This document shows positions 16,078 through 30,070 of a stretch of DNA of 64,000 nt, piece by piece. The position numbers and the translations under genes were made by a program. The notes under the pieces were generated by a model, which was given only the letters and a program-made list of their open reading frames with translations, was not told where the DNA came from and did no database searches. Each line of letters begins with the position of its first letter. Within the stretch, counting starts at the first letter, position 1. This DNA comes from Eledone cirrhosa (taxonomy: Eukaryota): the NCBI GenBank assembly GCA_964016885.1, contig OZ024741.1, positions 286,130,001 through 286,194,000 of the forward strand, given 5' to 3'.

Positions 16078-16413
16078 TACCGTATATACTCGAAATTAAG
16101 CCGATCCTAAGATAATCCGACCCCTATTTTATGTCTGAGAAATAGGCAAAAAAAAGAGAATCCAAATTCCCTCGACCATCCGAAACACGTAATTAACACA
16201 TTATGTTTATATGGCACGGTTTTAAAATCCTCATGAGTGGGGAATATAATTTGATATTTAAACTGTTTTAAGTGTCATTTAGAGTATAGTTTTTGTTTCA
16301 CAATTCCATTATGTAATGGGTTTTTTTTACCATTTTTGGACCATTTTGAAGGCCATATTCTTTCAAAACACATCAAGGGCAATAGAAATTTGACCTCCAA
16401 AGTACAACCGGTA
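16078..16413. mobile_element. Decayed Tc1/mariner-pogo-like non-autonomous element
   Basis: TACCGTATATACTCG...TAAGCCGA start typical of Tc2/pogo-type TIRs; CGGTA end; similar pieces at 40900-41018. Confidence 0.4.
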
Positions 16414-16429
16414 TAATATTTACTACCCA

Positions 16430-17045
16430 ATTAAAATACATGAGAGTGGAGTCCACTAAAGCAGGTGGAGAACTTGAAATATCTCGGAGTCGTATTCACG
16501 AATGATGGAAGGCCGGTGGCTGAATTAAGTGCAAGAATTGCACGAGCTGGTGCAGTAATGCGGTAGCTTATGCCTTCGGCCATCAAAAGGGAGGGAGGTG
16601 TAAGAGCCAAACTCGCTATCTTCAATTTGTTATGAGCCTTGGATAATGATTGAAAGTATACGATCGCAAATACAAGTGGCCGAATTGGGGTTCCTCCGAA
16701 AGGTCTTTAAAGTAACGTTACACGATAGCGTACGCAGCTCGAAGATCAGGGAGCCATTTCGGGTAGAATTGAGAGATCAGGGAGCCGTCCCAGGTAGAAT
16801 TTAGAGATCACAGCTCCGATACTACGGGCATCTGGTCAGATGTGTTGGGTGGATTTAACGGTCAAAACCAGCCTGCAAGAACCCCAGAGTAGATCCCAAG
16901 CAAGACAGTTGGATAACATCCATGAGTTCGGCAAGTCTCGCTTGGGGATCCAGACGGATCAAATAGAGACGGTTGCTTCTGATAGGACCCACTGGAAAGG
17001 GTGTTTGAGGACCGACCCGGCTCCACACAGAAGAAGAATATGTTG
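16430..17045 (+). mobile_element. RTE-clade LINE 3' fragment (decayed)
   Basis: LKQVENLKYLGVVFTNDG...ARIARA; QVAELGFLRK; QLRYYGHLVR. Confidence 0.8.
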
Positions 17046-17510
17046 GGAATTCACATTGTATTATATAGTATAAAATATTAATATATATTATTTGCCTATT
17101 GTATAAATGTAAGAAATAATGAGGTGCACCCCCTTTGAAGATCAAAGCTATTTACAACATAGTATTATCATTCAACATATGTATAGGCATCCATCAACGG
17201 GTTAGGTTACTATCACAATGTTTATGAATCCATAGAGAAAAAATTCATGCTTTTGAAATGAAAGAGGCAATATTAAATTGTAACTACTTCCTTGATGACG
17301 CTCATATAAAATTTAATAATTATATATCGATAAGATAATATTGGTATTAATGATTTATTGAAAACATTTAGCAAATGCAAAAACATACAATAATGAACTT
17401 TTTTTAACCAACGAAACAACATTCCTATGATATTTGATTATATTTATCATGGCTACTACCATGATAAATAAAATCAAAGCAATCGATTAACCATCATATA
17501 TTTAAAATAT

Positions 17511-17722
17511 GGCGGTGGATTGGCTGAGTCATTAGAACGTCGGATAGAATGCTTTGCGGTATTCGATTCGGCTCTCAGCTCTCTAAGTTCAAATCCCACC
17601 GAGGTCAACTTTTCCTTTCATTCATTCGAGGTCAATAAAAACAGTACCAGTCAAGTTCTGGGGTCCATTCTTCCTCTATATCTCTTTCTTACTTCCATTC
17701 TTTCTCTCTCTCTCTATCCCCC

Positions 17723-17789
<67 letters not shown>

Positions 17790-17905
17790 TCTCCCTCTCT
17801 CTCTCTCTCTCCCTCCCTCTCTCTCTCTCTCTCTCCTTCTCTGGAAGAAATCTGCCGTATTTAGACCCGGATATGATTTGGCTTCACCAGGTTTTAAAAT
17901 GCCCT
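17511..17905 (+). mobile_element. tRNA-derived SINE, subfamily B, with internal (CT)n
   Basis: GGCGGTGGATTGGCTGAGTCATTAG head, AGTTCAAATCCC box B, core, tail shared with 530-600, 20945-21000 and 29826-29885. Confidence 0.8.
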
Positions 17906-18246
17906 ACAAACGTTCTATCTCAATACGGTGCACCTACGACTCCATTACGGGACAATACATGCATACATTAAATATATCGGCTATTTATACGCATGTGTGA
18001 ATGTAGGTGTGTTTTTCTAAAGGTTTATCAGAATATGTTTCTGGAAGAGTGTATAGATGAGTTCCTGTTCGTCGTGTATCGTGTGTGTGTTTCTGTGTTT
18101 CTGTGTAATATATCTTAACGTTGTATCTAACATAAACCTCAGTTTTTCCTTTATCTAGTCTACAGAAACGCTTGACATTACATATATAGATAATGTATAT
18201 ATATATATGTGTGTGTGTGTGTATGTGTGTGTATGTGTGTCTATAA

Positions 18247-18295
<49 letters not shown>

Positions 18296-18296
<1 letters not shown>

Positions 18297-18484
18297 CGAA
18301 GGAAAAGTGGTAAGGAACCAGGTGGACCATAACGCACCGAAGTACTCAATACTTAGGGTAGTAGAGTGGGTAATAGGAGTAAGTAAGACCCCCGACGGCT
18401 GAGCTCAAGCCGTTTTGACGGCTAATTCTATACAGAATTAGCCGTCGAAACGGCTTGAGCTCAGCCGTCGGGGTCTTACTTACT

Positions 18485-18488
<4 letters not shown>
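18296..18488 (-). mobile_element. Fold-back family B (HHR 3' half) between (TA)n tracts
   Basis: ~56-bp inverted arms containing GAAACGGCTTGAGCTCAGCCGTC. Confidence 0.9.
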
Positions 18489-18563
<75 letters not shown>

Positions 18564-18981
18564 GTGTGTATGCATATATAATTATACACACACACATACA
18601 TACATATAAATATATATATAATATATACATGTATACATATACATATAAACATATGTGTTTGTATGTGTATGTATATGTATATGTAATTATACACACACAT
18701 ATATATGGGTGTGTGTGTGTGTGTATATATGTATATTTATATATTACGTATACGTACCAATATATCCATATATAAATAAATGCACACATACACACATATA
18801 TATGGGTGTGTGTGTGTGTATATATGTATATTTATATATTATGTATACGTACCAATATATACATATATAAATAAATGCACACATACACACATATATATAT
18901 GCGTGTATGTGTGTGAGCATTTACTTACATACATACATGCAAACATACATACATACATACATACATACATACATACATACA

Positions 18982-19012
<31 letters not shown>

Positions 19013-19410
19013 GGATTTTCCTAGTACAGAATCTAGAACCATTTTAAATGTATACTTGATGTATATTAATATATTTAATCTGTAAGAGATATATTTTTTG
19101 TCAAAGGTTTAAGCTGTACGGAATCTATTCTCGAATCACTCAGAAGCGAGGATCAAGAGTTGCTTGCCGATGATCTCTTCAGAATGAAACAAAAATATGT
19201 TTAGTACAGCTAAAAGCTATGACAACACACACACTCACACTCGCATAAACAACCACGCTCGCGCTCACACACATATGCACACACAGACACACACGTATAC
19301 ATATATGTATACAAACATACATTCATTCATAAATATACACATACATTTAGGAATTCATATACTTACATACATGCATACAGATATACATACATGTGTGTAT
19401 GTGTGCTTGC

Positions 19411-19495
<85 letters not shown>

Positions 19496-19853
19496 CGTAC
19501 GTGTATGTGTTTATGTGTGGATGAGTATATGTGGGTGTGTGCGTGAGTATTTGTGACCTGGAGAGGGATGGGCTCCGTCAGGTTTAAGAAAAGAGTGAAC
19601 TTGTTACGCCGTATGTCAATACGTTGACCCTACAATTCCTTCAGTAGTTACATGATCCTGCATTCATGCATATATACCACTATATGTATATACACTCACG
19701 AATCAAATGTGGCCTTCCATCAAATGTTTAAATAGCAGAGTTGATTAGAAGATGGCTTTGTTCTAATTTCTTGTAGACCGGTTGGAGAAGCTCCGTCATT
19801 AGCCACTTTGGTTAGTTTGTTTCTCCGTTGGTTGACCTGTACTTTGCTGTCAC

Positions 19854-19914
<61 letters not shown>

Positions 19915-19916
<2 letters not shown>

Positions 19917-20076
19917 GTAATAATAATAAATTTGAAGACTAAAATCCAAAGAGGGCTCTATAAGGAGAAATATATATCAAATATATAAGAACCGTAGAGC
20001 AAATATTTATTAAAATAACAGATTAAAGTTTAAGCAAAGAATCACTGCTTTCACCCCCAACGGGATCTTCTGAAAT
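19915..20076 (-). mobile_element. Family C fragment with variant HHR (20027-20076)
   Basis: TTT-CAGAAGA-TCCC GTTGG GGGT-GAAAGCA...TGCTT-AAACT; matches 23321-23480. Confidence 0.8.
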
Positions 20077-20078
20077 AA

Positions 20079-20135
<57 letters not shown>

Positions 20136-20149
20136 TATAGATATATATA

Positions 20150-20801
20150 TCAGTGTTGAACAACAAAAATGTGACACGGTTGCCTAAACACTGTACGGCG
20201 TAATTCGGCCTGTTTGTTTGTTTACAAACAAACAAACCGAGTATTATAATAAATGTTCGGTAAACCGATACATGCATATATATATGTGTGCATGTATGTA
20301 TGTATATACATACTACTGTACGTCTGTATACATATATGTATGTACGTACAAATACATACTTACATTTAAGTAAGCGCCGTACGAAGAGTGAGAAATGAAA
20401 TTTCGTTTCATTCTATTCCATTTATCGTTTTCGGTGTGCCCGGCCGCCTGAACTCACTCGATATGCAAATTAGGCTGCTCAGCCGTTAATATGCATAAGG
20501 AAAGTATATACTTTCAGATGTTCAACCATCTGGCAGGAAGGTATACGATGCTGACGATAGCTAATAAGCTTGAAACTAGTACATCGTTCCTGTGTCAGTG
20601 TTGAACAACAAAAAGGTGACGTGGTTGCCTAAACACTGTACGGCGTAATTCAGGTTGTTTGTTTGTTTACAAACAAACCGAGCATTATAATAAATGTTCG
20701 GTAAACCGATACGTGCATATATATATGTGTGCATGTATGTATATATATACATACTACTGTACGTCTGTATACATATATGTATGTACGTATACATACATAC
20801 T

Positions 20802-20805
<4 letters not shown>
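20150..20805 (+). mobile_element. Retrozyme-like family E, ~1.45 copies of a ~445-nt unit
   Basis: CAGTGTTGAACAAC at 20151 and 20596; HHR at 20545; (TA)n both sides. Confidence 0.85.
20545..20587 (+). ncRNA. Minimal type I hammerhead ribozyme
   Basis: ACGATG-CTGACGA-TAGCT AATA AGCTT-GAAAC TA GTA-CATCGT. Confidence 0.9.
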
Positions 20806-20874
<69 letters not shown>

Positions 20875-20934
20875 AGAGGGAGAGAGAGAGACCCGTAACC
20901 TCTGAGTGAGTTGTAGCGGCACTGTATTGACATA

Positions 20935-21140
20935 CAGCATCTCTTAAACTTGGAAGAGCCTATCTCTCTCCAGGTCGGAATATAGCAGATTTCTTCTGGA
21001 TAAGGATAGAGGAGTGAGAGAATTGAATTGAGAAAAATATATAGATGAAGAATCGCCCCCAGTACTAGAACGGATGGAAGGCAAAGTTGACCTTGGCGGG
21101 ATTTGAACTCAGAGAGACCACAAACGAATTCCACAAGACA
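20935..21140 (-). mobile_element. Decayed SINE subfamily B
   Basis: GGCAAAGTTGACCTTGGCGGGATTTGAACTC is the reverse complement of box B plus core. Confidence 0.65.
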
Positions 21141-21305
21141 CTTTATTTCATGTTTCTCCTTCCGCCTGGATTGTGACCGGTAGATAGTATTATCAATTGG
21201 AAAGACAAATGGAAACATTGTTTCCTCGGTCCGATTTGATGAGGTCTGGGACCTGTCGATCGACTCTCAATATACATACATATACATACATATATATGCA
21301 TATAT

Positions 21306-21361
<56 letters not shown>

Positions 21362-21367
<6 letters not shown>

Positions 21368-21495
21368 AATAGAATGAAACGAAATTTCATTTCTCACTCT
21401 TAGTACGGCACTTACTTAAATGTAAGTATGTATGTATGTATACGTACATATATATATGTATACAGACGTACAGTAGTATGTATATATATACATAC
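21362..21495 (-). mobile_element. Family E fragment
   Basis: Reverse complement of 20290-20422. Confidence 0.8.
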
Positions 21496-21496
21496 A

Positions 21497-21733
<237 letters not shown>

Positions 21734-21764
21734 CACATATATATATATATACATATATATATAT

Positions 21765-21794
<30 letters not shown>

Positions 21795-21811
<17 letters not shown>

Positions 21812-22636
21812 AAAGTATATATCCCTACACGCAAAAAGCGTCCAGGGACACATGTATTGTCCAACCATATGCCAATGTGGTTCAATGGCAGGTTAATAAA
21901 TTAACGAGCGAGAACATATATAATCAAGGTTTAGCAAATAAGAAAAAGTTTCAAAATAAATTTCAAAAAATTCACTGTATTCACTATAATTACCTTTACC
22001 AAATCGATTTCGAGTCTCAATGGAAGGCCGCAAGGACTGTCCATTTACTTTTGAGACTTGAAACCGATTCGGTAAAGGTAACCATAGTGAGTACAGTTAA
22101 TTTTTTGAAATTTATTTTGAAACTTTTTCTTATTTGCTAAATCTTGATTATATATGTTCTGGCTCGTTAATTTATTAACCTGCCATTGAACCACATTGGC
22201 ATATGGTTGGACAATACATGTGTCCCTGGACGCTTTTTGCGTGTAGGGATATATACTTTATTATTATTAGTCTCCTCTTGGTCGAGATAAAATTAGGTCG
22301 TTCTGACTGCTGCTATTTATAGTGGGAGTAGACTGACCTCCCTGCCTCTGCTTCTATCTTTACACACGGCACTGGACAGAATTGCTTCCACTTCATTCAT
22401 TCTCATCTCGGGAACAATTTTGATTAGCGCCAGTTCGTAATTTGAACTCGGGAATTTTATATTCTCCGAGTGAAAAGAACCTTCTGACGAGAGTTTATCT
22501 TTTCAATGGAAGGCGGCAAGGGCTGCCCATTTATTTATGAGACTCGAAACCGATTCGGTAAAGGTAACCATAGTAAGTACAGTGAATTTTTTGAAATTTA
22601 TTTTGAAACTTTTTCTTATTTGCTAAACCTTGATTT

Positions 22637-22640
<4 letters not shown>
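21795..22640 (+). mobile_element. Retrozyme-like element: inverted 5' arm plus ~1.3 copies of a 486-nt unit
   Basis: 21800-22020 is the inverse of 22050-22268; CAATGGAAGGC at 22018 and 22504; GUA sites at 22074 and 22560. Confidence 0.9.
22479..22565 (+). ncRNA. Canonical type I hammerhead ribozyme with extended stem II
   Basis: ACCTT-CTGACGA-GAGTTT...AGACTC-GAAACCG ATT CGGTA-AAGGT. Confidence 0.9.
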
Positions 22641-22706
<66 letters not shown>

Positions 22707-22719
22707 TATAACAGATTAA

Positions 22720-22770
22720 AGTTTAAGCAAAAATTCGCTGCTTTCACCCTTAACGGGATCTTCTGAAACT
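22720..22770 (-). ncRNA. Variant hammerhead ribozyme (CAGAAGA core)
   Basis: AGTTT-CAGAAGA-TCCC GTTAA GGGT-GAAAGCA...TGCT-T-AAACT. Confidence 0.6.
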
Positions 22771-23320
22771 AACAAAGTCAATCTGTCAAGATAATACGTC
22801 ATATGTGGAGCGGGAAGAACAATTGCACACAAAAACAAAACCACGTAAATGGTATAACTGAAGTCGTAGACTAAAATTCTAACTAGGAAACCGAATGATT
22901 CTCGGCTTCAGAGTTAAGAATAAAGTAAATAAAATACAGAGGTAATTGAAATTAAATAAATACATACACGAATCCATATACGACTTCAGTTATACCATTT
23001 ACGTGGTTTTGTCTTTGCGTGCAATTGTTCTCCACGCTCCACATATGACGTATTATCTTCGTTTTTTCCGTTCATTGCCAGAGAACGTCTCTATGAACCA
23101 CCTAAGAGAACATTAGTCTACGACCTCTTTTATACCATAAACGTGGTTTTGTCTTTGCGTGTAATTGTTTTTCACCGCACCAAATAATGACGTATTATAT
23201 TTGATTTTTCCCGTTCTTTGCCAGGAAAGTTTCCACTAACCAAAGTATCGTCTTTCGGTCTTCCTCCGGTTGCAACGTTTTTTGAAATATTCACTTCTGC
23301 GTTCACAGATTGACTTTGTT

Positions 23321-23371
23321 AGTTTCAGAAGATCCCGTTAAGGGTGAAAGCAGCGATTCTTTGCTTAAATT
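23321..23371 (+). ncRNA. Variant hammerhead ribozyme (CAGAAGA core)
   Basis: Same fold as 22720-22770. Confidence 0.6.
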
Positions 23372-23478
23372 TTAATCTATTATTTTTATAAATATTTGCT
23401 CTACGGTTCTTATATATGTGATATATATTTATCCTTATCGAGCCCTCTTTGAATTTTAGTCTTCAAATTTATTATTAT

Positions 23479-23543
<65 letters not shown>

Positions 23544-23750
23544 AGCCGTGTGAGAGGTACGTTACGATGTTGAGAGGGGTGGTAATAGTGTGTGAATGTG
23601 GGAAAGAGAGAGAGAGTGGGAGAAGGGAAAAAGAATGACAATAGTGGTTGTGGTGTCTATGTTCTTTTGTTATAATTCGTTTTCTTAACCGATGCTCTAC
23701 AAAAAATATTTTTTTGTCCTTAAACTATAAATGACTGGGATATATTATTT

Positions 23751-23938
23751 GTGGTGGATTGGCAGTATCGGTAGAGGGATGGACGCCATGCTTTGGCGCA
23801 TAGAGTTACGGCCTTTGCCATTCTGAGTTCAAATCCCGCCGAGGTTAACGTTGCCTTTCATCCTTACGGGGTCGATAAAATAAAGTACCAGTAATGCACT
23901 GGATAATTGCTGGCCTTGTGCCAAAAATAGAAACAATT
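23751..23938 (+). mobile_element. tRNA-derived SINE, subfamily A
   Basis: Near-identical to 7125-7318. Confidence 0.85.
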
Positions 23939-24329
23939 ATTTGGGTCATTCCCGTCATTTGTTAAGTTTATTCGATTTATTTTGTTATGTTGTATATATA
24001 TATATATATATATAATTAAGTACTATATCTATTACTGAATACATATATCTTATAGCTGAATGGTTCAAAACGTCATATTGATTATTAACGCGTGGTCGTT
24101 GTTTCTAATTAAATCGTGGAATTTGCATGAAGGAGAGCTAGTTCATATAAATAAGCATATATATGTACATGTGGCGAGTATGTGTGAACGTGTGTAAGTG
24201 TGTGTGTGTATGTGGATGTATGCATGTTCTGAGTGTGTGTATGTAAAACACAACAGAGCAAAGTGCATGAAAATAAATCAATTTTACATATTCTCTGGGT
24301 TATATTTTATTTCAGCAATAATGCTAATA

Positions 24330-24367
<38 letters not shown>

Positions 24368-24438
24368 GTATATATGGGGTGGTTTATGCGTGTATGTCTA
24401 TGTGCAAGTATATGTCTACTTTTACACACAGAAACATG

Positions 24439-24473
<35 letters not shown>

Positions 24474-24552
24474 GCACAAACCTCACATCGATTAATATGT
24501 ATTTATATATCTATCTACACATCTATACACACACACACACATACATACATAT

Positions 24553-24680
24553 ATGATGATTTCTCCCGAATGAAACAGTTCTAGTCCTGTAGAAGCAATT
24601 TGTATATTAAATAGTTATACTCTGCTATGTATTGAGTGCCTTATTTACAGTGGTTACCTCCGATTGTACCCGGAATAAAC
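24553..24680 (+). mobile_element. Family A fragment starting inside the HHR core
   Basis: TGATGATTTCTCCCGAATGAAACAGTTCTAGTCCTGTAGAAGC plus family A tail. Confidence 0.8.
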
Positions 24681-24701
24681 TTATCTATCTATCTATCTAT
24701 C

Positions 24702-24750
<49 letters not shown>

Positions 24751-24787
24751 ATGTGAGAAAAACCACAGACCCTCCATCTCAACTGTA

Positions 24788-24823
24788 CTTTTGAAAAGCA
24801 GAACAACTGCGAAACCGGTAAAG
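24788..24823 (+). ncRNA. Minimal type I hammerhead ribozyme with U3-A8 core (family G, element 24748-24962)
   Basis: CTT-TTGAAAA-GCAG AACAA CTGC-GAAAC CG GTA-AAG. Confidence 0.65.
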
Positions 24824-24955
24824 GAACCAAATAAATATATATATTTAAAAAAAAAATAAGACTCCAGTTGCATTTTCGATTTCATCTTTTTTTCTTTATA
24901 ATTTCACACGTGTAGGACACCTCGGTTATTTTTCATTTTGTAAAGAAAACCTCAC

Positions 24956-25015
<60 letters not shown>

Positions 25016-25493
25016 ATATAATAATATATATATATATATATATATGAAGCGGTGCCCTAACAGCCGATGAAGTTATATACAGAGCGGGAAACCGAGACAA
25101 CAGTGTGTATAAAAATAAACACAATTTTAATGTATAATCATGTAGACTAGCCAGAACATACGAATTTCCCTGTAAATTGAAGAAATAGTAAATACCATCA
25201 ATCAATCATCGGACCTAGTTGGTTGGAGTCTTAAAAGAAAGCGTATATATCATCTAAACAACGAGAAGGAAGCACATATTTTAAGGGCTTATATGCACAT
25301 TCTATCTTAGTATTATTCTAAAATGGACGTACAATTCAGTATATAATTAGCGTTCATGTCGGTAGTATATCAAAATATAAATTAAGAGGTGCGTTAGCAT
25401 CCGAAGTGTTGGAGAAAGGTGTATATGTATACAGAGAGTGAATTGGTATATTGGTATATTGGGTTTCCTTGTAGTTGTTGGAATGATACACAT

Positions 25494-25539
25494 GACTTCT
25501 GATATGGACCAAACTAGGTCCGAAAATTAATTAAATGTC
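25494..25539 (+). ncRNA. Degenerate hammerhead ribozyme
   Basis: GACTT-CTGATAT-GGACC AAACTA GGTCC-GAAA ATTAATT A-AATGTC; diverged inverted copy at ~25140-25225. Confidence 0.55.
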
Positions 25540-25696
25540 TTTATCATTTTTTTCTCAATATAAATGTAAATTAGTATTTTCTTGAATGTTTACATGCCTA
25601 CATATTAAATATGTGTATATTTATATACGCATTGGTAGAGCTTCTATTACACATTCTATATGCATACAGATGCAACGTTATACATTACATATATAA

Positions 25697-25791
<95 letters not shown>

Positions 25792-26101
25792 TTGTTGTTT
25801 ATACATATGCACGCATTTATATAACTACATATAGGTACGTACAGATATATGTGTATACATATATATAAATAGACACGAATAAATAGATAGATTGATAGAA
25901 ATATATATATATATAAAGTGTGTGAGTCTGTGTGTGGGCGTAAGTTTACGTGTGTGTGGGTGTGAGTGTTTGTGTGTGCTTCAGTTAAAATAATTCAATA
26001 AGAGAAGAGTACATTGAGGTTACGGTGTATCTATATACATACATACGCACACACACACATGTACTTATTGCACTTATACATTTATGTATATATATATCTG
26101 T

Positions 26102-26164
<63 letters not shown>

Positions 26165-26165
<1 letters not shown>

Positions 26166-26390
26166 TAGTAATAATAATAAATTTGAAGACTAAAATCCAA
26201 AGAGGTCACGATAAGGATAAATATATATCAAATATATAAGAACCGTAGAGTAAATATTTATTAAAATAACAGATTAAAGTTTAAGCAAAAAATCGTTGCT
26301 TTCACCCTTAACGGGATCTTCTGAAACTCCCGTTAAGGGTGAAAGCAGCGATTCTTTGCTTAAACTTTAATCTGTTATTTTAATAAATAT
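26165..26390 (-). mobile_element. Family C fold-back copy with variant HHR (26278-26328)
   Basis: Inversion starts right after stem I of the HHR. Confidence 0.85.
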
Positions 26391-26400
26391 ATATATATAT

Positions 26401-26589
26401 AGGAACAAGTAAGAGCCAGACGGCAGAGCTCAAGCCGTTTCGACAGCTATTTCAGTTCAGAAATAGCTCGAAACGGCTTGAGCTCTGCCGTCGGGTTCTT
26501 ACTTGTTCCTATTACCCACTCTTCTACCCTAAGTATTGAGTACTTTGGTGCGTTATGGTCCATCTGGTTCCTTACCACAATTCCTTCGT

Positions 26590-26590
<1 letters not shown>
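26401..26590 (+). mobile_element. Fold-back family B
   Basis: Inverted arms plus family B tail; both arms share the CTCTG variant. Confidence 0.9.
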
Positions 26591-26621
<31 letters not shown>

Positions 26622-26949
26622 AACATAGTCATTATGACGCATTAAAACTCTACTTCAGTACTATTGAGTACTCCTTTCCCTCAGCTGTCAACCACAGAAA
26701 GATACGTATATATATGTGTATGCATGTATATATATATATATATGTATATGTGTGTGTTTGTGTATGTATGTATATATATTTATGAATTTATGTAAATGTA
26801 AATGTATATTTTTTTTAATTATGTAATATCAATACATATATATATGTATATGCATTTATGTGTGCATGTGTTATATATATATATATATATGTGTGTGTGT
26901 ATGTGTGTGTGTTATATAAATGTGTTACATATATATATATATATATATA

Positions 26950-27265
<316 letters not shown>

Positions 27266-27427
27266 CATTGGGATCCACTTAATGTTTTCACGGATAAGGA
27301 TATCAAACGATTAGTCTATTGTTATATTATAGGCTTCTCTCCAAATTTATCCAATATGTATCTCCACCTCATATATACATATAATTGTGTGTATTTGCCT
27401 GTGATTGAGTCTTTAAGCGTGTATTCA

Positions 27428-27516
<89 letters not shown>

Positions 27517-27609
27517 GAGAGAGAGAGAGACAGAGAGAGAGAAAGAAGGGGCGAGAGAGAGAGCTAGATAGATTAAGAAGAATCGAAGACAGTACATGCA
27601 TAGATATAT

Positions 27610-27813
27610 ATGAAAAATTCGGGACCCCGTCGGTTGAGCTCCGGTCGTTTCAATAGCTCGGACCTAGCTGTTGAAACGGCCGGAGTTCAGCCGACGGAGT
27701 CCCGAATTTTTCATATTACACACCCTACTACTCCAAGTATCGAATACTCTGGTGAGTAATGCTCTAACTAGTTTTTACCGCCTCTATTATATTAGCCGTC
27801 GGGAAATGAATTT

Positions 27814-27873
<60 letters not shown>

Positions 27874-28060
27874 GTTAAAATTTATTTCCCGACGGCTGCA
27901 AACCCACCGTTTCAACGGCGAGTGATATCCGCTCGCCGTTGAAACGACATGAGCTCAGCCGTCAGGCACTAACTTTTACTCATATATACACTCTGCTTTC
28001 CCAAATATCGAGTTCTTAACTGAATATGGTCTTATTAGTTTAACTAGTTACTCGCAAACT
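27610..28060 (+). mobile_element. Two diverged fold-back family B relatives separated by (TA)n
   Basis: TGAAACGGCCGGAGTTCAGCCGAC and TGAAACGACATGAGCTCAGCCGTC with inverted arms and related tails. Confidence 0.75.
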
Positions 28061-28137
28061 CTCTCTATCTCTGTCTATGTATTGGGTCGTCAAGTATGAA
28101 ATTTGTAGAACTTTTTGAAAAGAAAACAAATATATAA

Positions 28138-28297
28138 GGTCAGCAATTACCCAGTGTATTACTGGTACTTTATTTTATCGACCTCGTAAGGATGAAAGGC
28201 AAAGTTAACCTCGGCGGAATTTGAACTCAGAATGGCAAGGGCCGTAACTCTATGCGTCAAAACATGGCGTCCTACCCTCTACCGATACTGCCAATCC
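28138..28297 (-). mobile_element. tRNA-derived SINE, subfamily A
   Basis: Reverse complement of 7125/23751 copies. Confidence 0.85.
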
Positions 28298-28388
28298 AAA
28301 GAAAATAATGATAATTTATCTTTGCTGTAATGTACACAAGAATATACACACACACACATACATGTGTGCGTGCGTGCGTACGAGTATG

Positions 28389-28423
<35 letters not shown>

Positions 28424-28537
28424 CTGTGTGTGTGCGTTTGTGAGTGTGTGTGATACATATATATATATGTAACATACATAAGTAAATGCATATATATATA
28501 TATATATACACATATATATATATATATATATACATAC

Positions 28538-28568
<31 letters not shown>

Positions 28569-28571
28569 CAC

Positions 28572-28628
<57 letters not shown>

Positions 28629-28644
28629 TTATATGCATGTAATC

Positions 28645-28711
<67 letters not shown>

Positions 28712-28770
28712 TATATGTATATATGTTTTATCGCATGTGTGGACATAATATATATATATATTATGTATAC

Positions 28771-28810
<40 letters not shown>

Positions 28811-28811
<1 letters not shown>

Positions 28812-28865
28812 CGCGGTGCCCCAGCATGGTCTCAGCCGGATGGCTGGAACAGGTGAAAGAGTAAA
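28811..28865 (+). mobile_element. Isolated LINE 3'-tail fragment in (TA)n
   Basis: GCGGTGCCCCAGCATGGTCTCAGCCGGATGGCTGGAACAGGTGAAAGAGTAAA matches the end of the LINE at 40764-40822; also 31405-31463. Confidence 0.75.
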
Positions 28866-29825
28866 TATATACATTTACCAGTGGTTTCTTGAAAACATGG
28901 TCTGAAAACAGACACTTTATATATATATACATTTATATAGATATATAAATGTGCGTGTTTGTGTGTGTACATACAAACACACATGCATCCAAACATACAT
29001 ACCTGTGTGGCCCAAATGTTTTCGTACCATTGGCCTCCTTGACGAACTTATTTATCTACATATGTAAAGCTTCACGTAACGTCATGCTTTCCTGATTGCT
29101 TTGCTCTTCGTCAGATGTGGTGATGAGTATTCAATAATTTGTTTAACTGTTCTACCCCTGCATGAGTGTGTAAATTACTATGTATTTTGGCAGAGTCCTC
29201 ACGATACACACTCTGACAAGGTAGATCTACCCAAGAACCTTCTGCGCAGTTTCTCTACTTGACCTACAAGTGCTGGATACACTGTGTTATGTTATATGAT
29301 GCGTCCCTGTAATTGCAACGCAACCTGCGTATATATATATTTTTTTCGTTATTACAAACTTATTTCATATTCATTTGCGCACTTTTAGCACAAGAACTTA
29401 TTGAGTATTTTTTTGTACCAGAACATAAACTAAACTTATATCATCCCATATAATTCTATAATTATTTAATTCTATAACAATTTATATGCAACTGACATTA
29501 TATGAAATGGCACTATAGCTACAGACGATTTTCTAGAATATTTATTGCACATTACGTAGAGGCTATCCTAGTTTACGAAATAAAGGGGATTTCTTACTAG
29601 GATAATGATATATTAATTAGAAAATTATAGACGAAATATTAAATGCTGTTAGTTGCAGGACAAAAATCCACCTCGCCTTAGTTGGATTGGAACAGAAAAT
29701 ACATTGAAATAAAAATAGGTTTTGTGAGACATTTTTATGCATGCATGGTCCCAGTATCTCCTGATGGAGATGTATGAACGCCGTCTTGACATACTAGTTG
29801 TTTTTTGTTGTTGTTGTTGTTTTTT

Positions 29826-30070
29826 TACATTTTAAAACCTGGCGGACCCCCATCCCTCTGCAGGTCTGAATGCAGAAAATGTCTTTCATAGAATGATAGA
29901 GAACGTGAAACAATGGGAGCGTGAAAGAGATATAGAGGAAGAATTGCCCCCAATATTAGGCTGGTACTTTTCTTATCAACCTTGAATTGATGAAAATCAA
30001 AGTTGACCTCGGTGGGATTTAAACTCAGAGAGCCAAGAGCCACGTTCTAACGACTCTGCTAATTCATCGT
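29826..30070 (-). mobile_element. SINE subfamily B
   Basis: Reverse complement similarity to 17511-17905. Confidence 0.7.

Larger units (their letters stand above)
22705..23482 (+). mobile_element. Family C element with nested inversions and ~140-bp internal duplication
   Basis: 22708-22786 inverse of 23305-23385; 22788-22869 inverse of 22979-23059; 22979 repeated near 23119. Confidence 0.85.
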
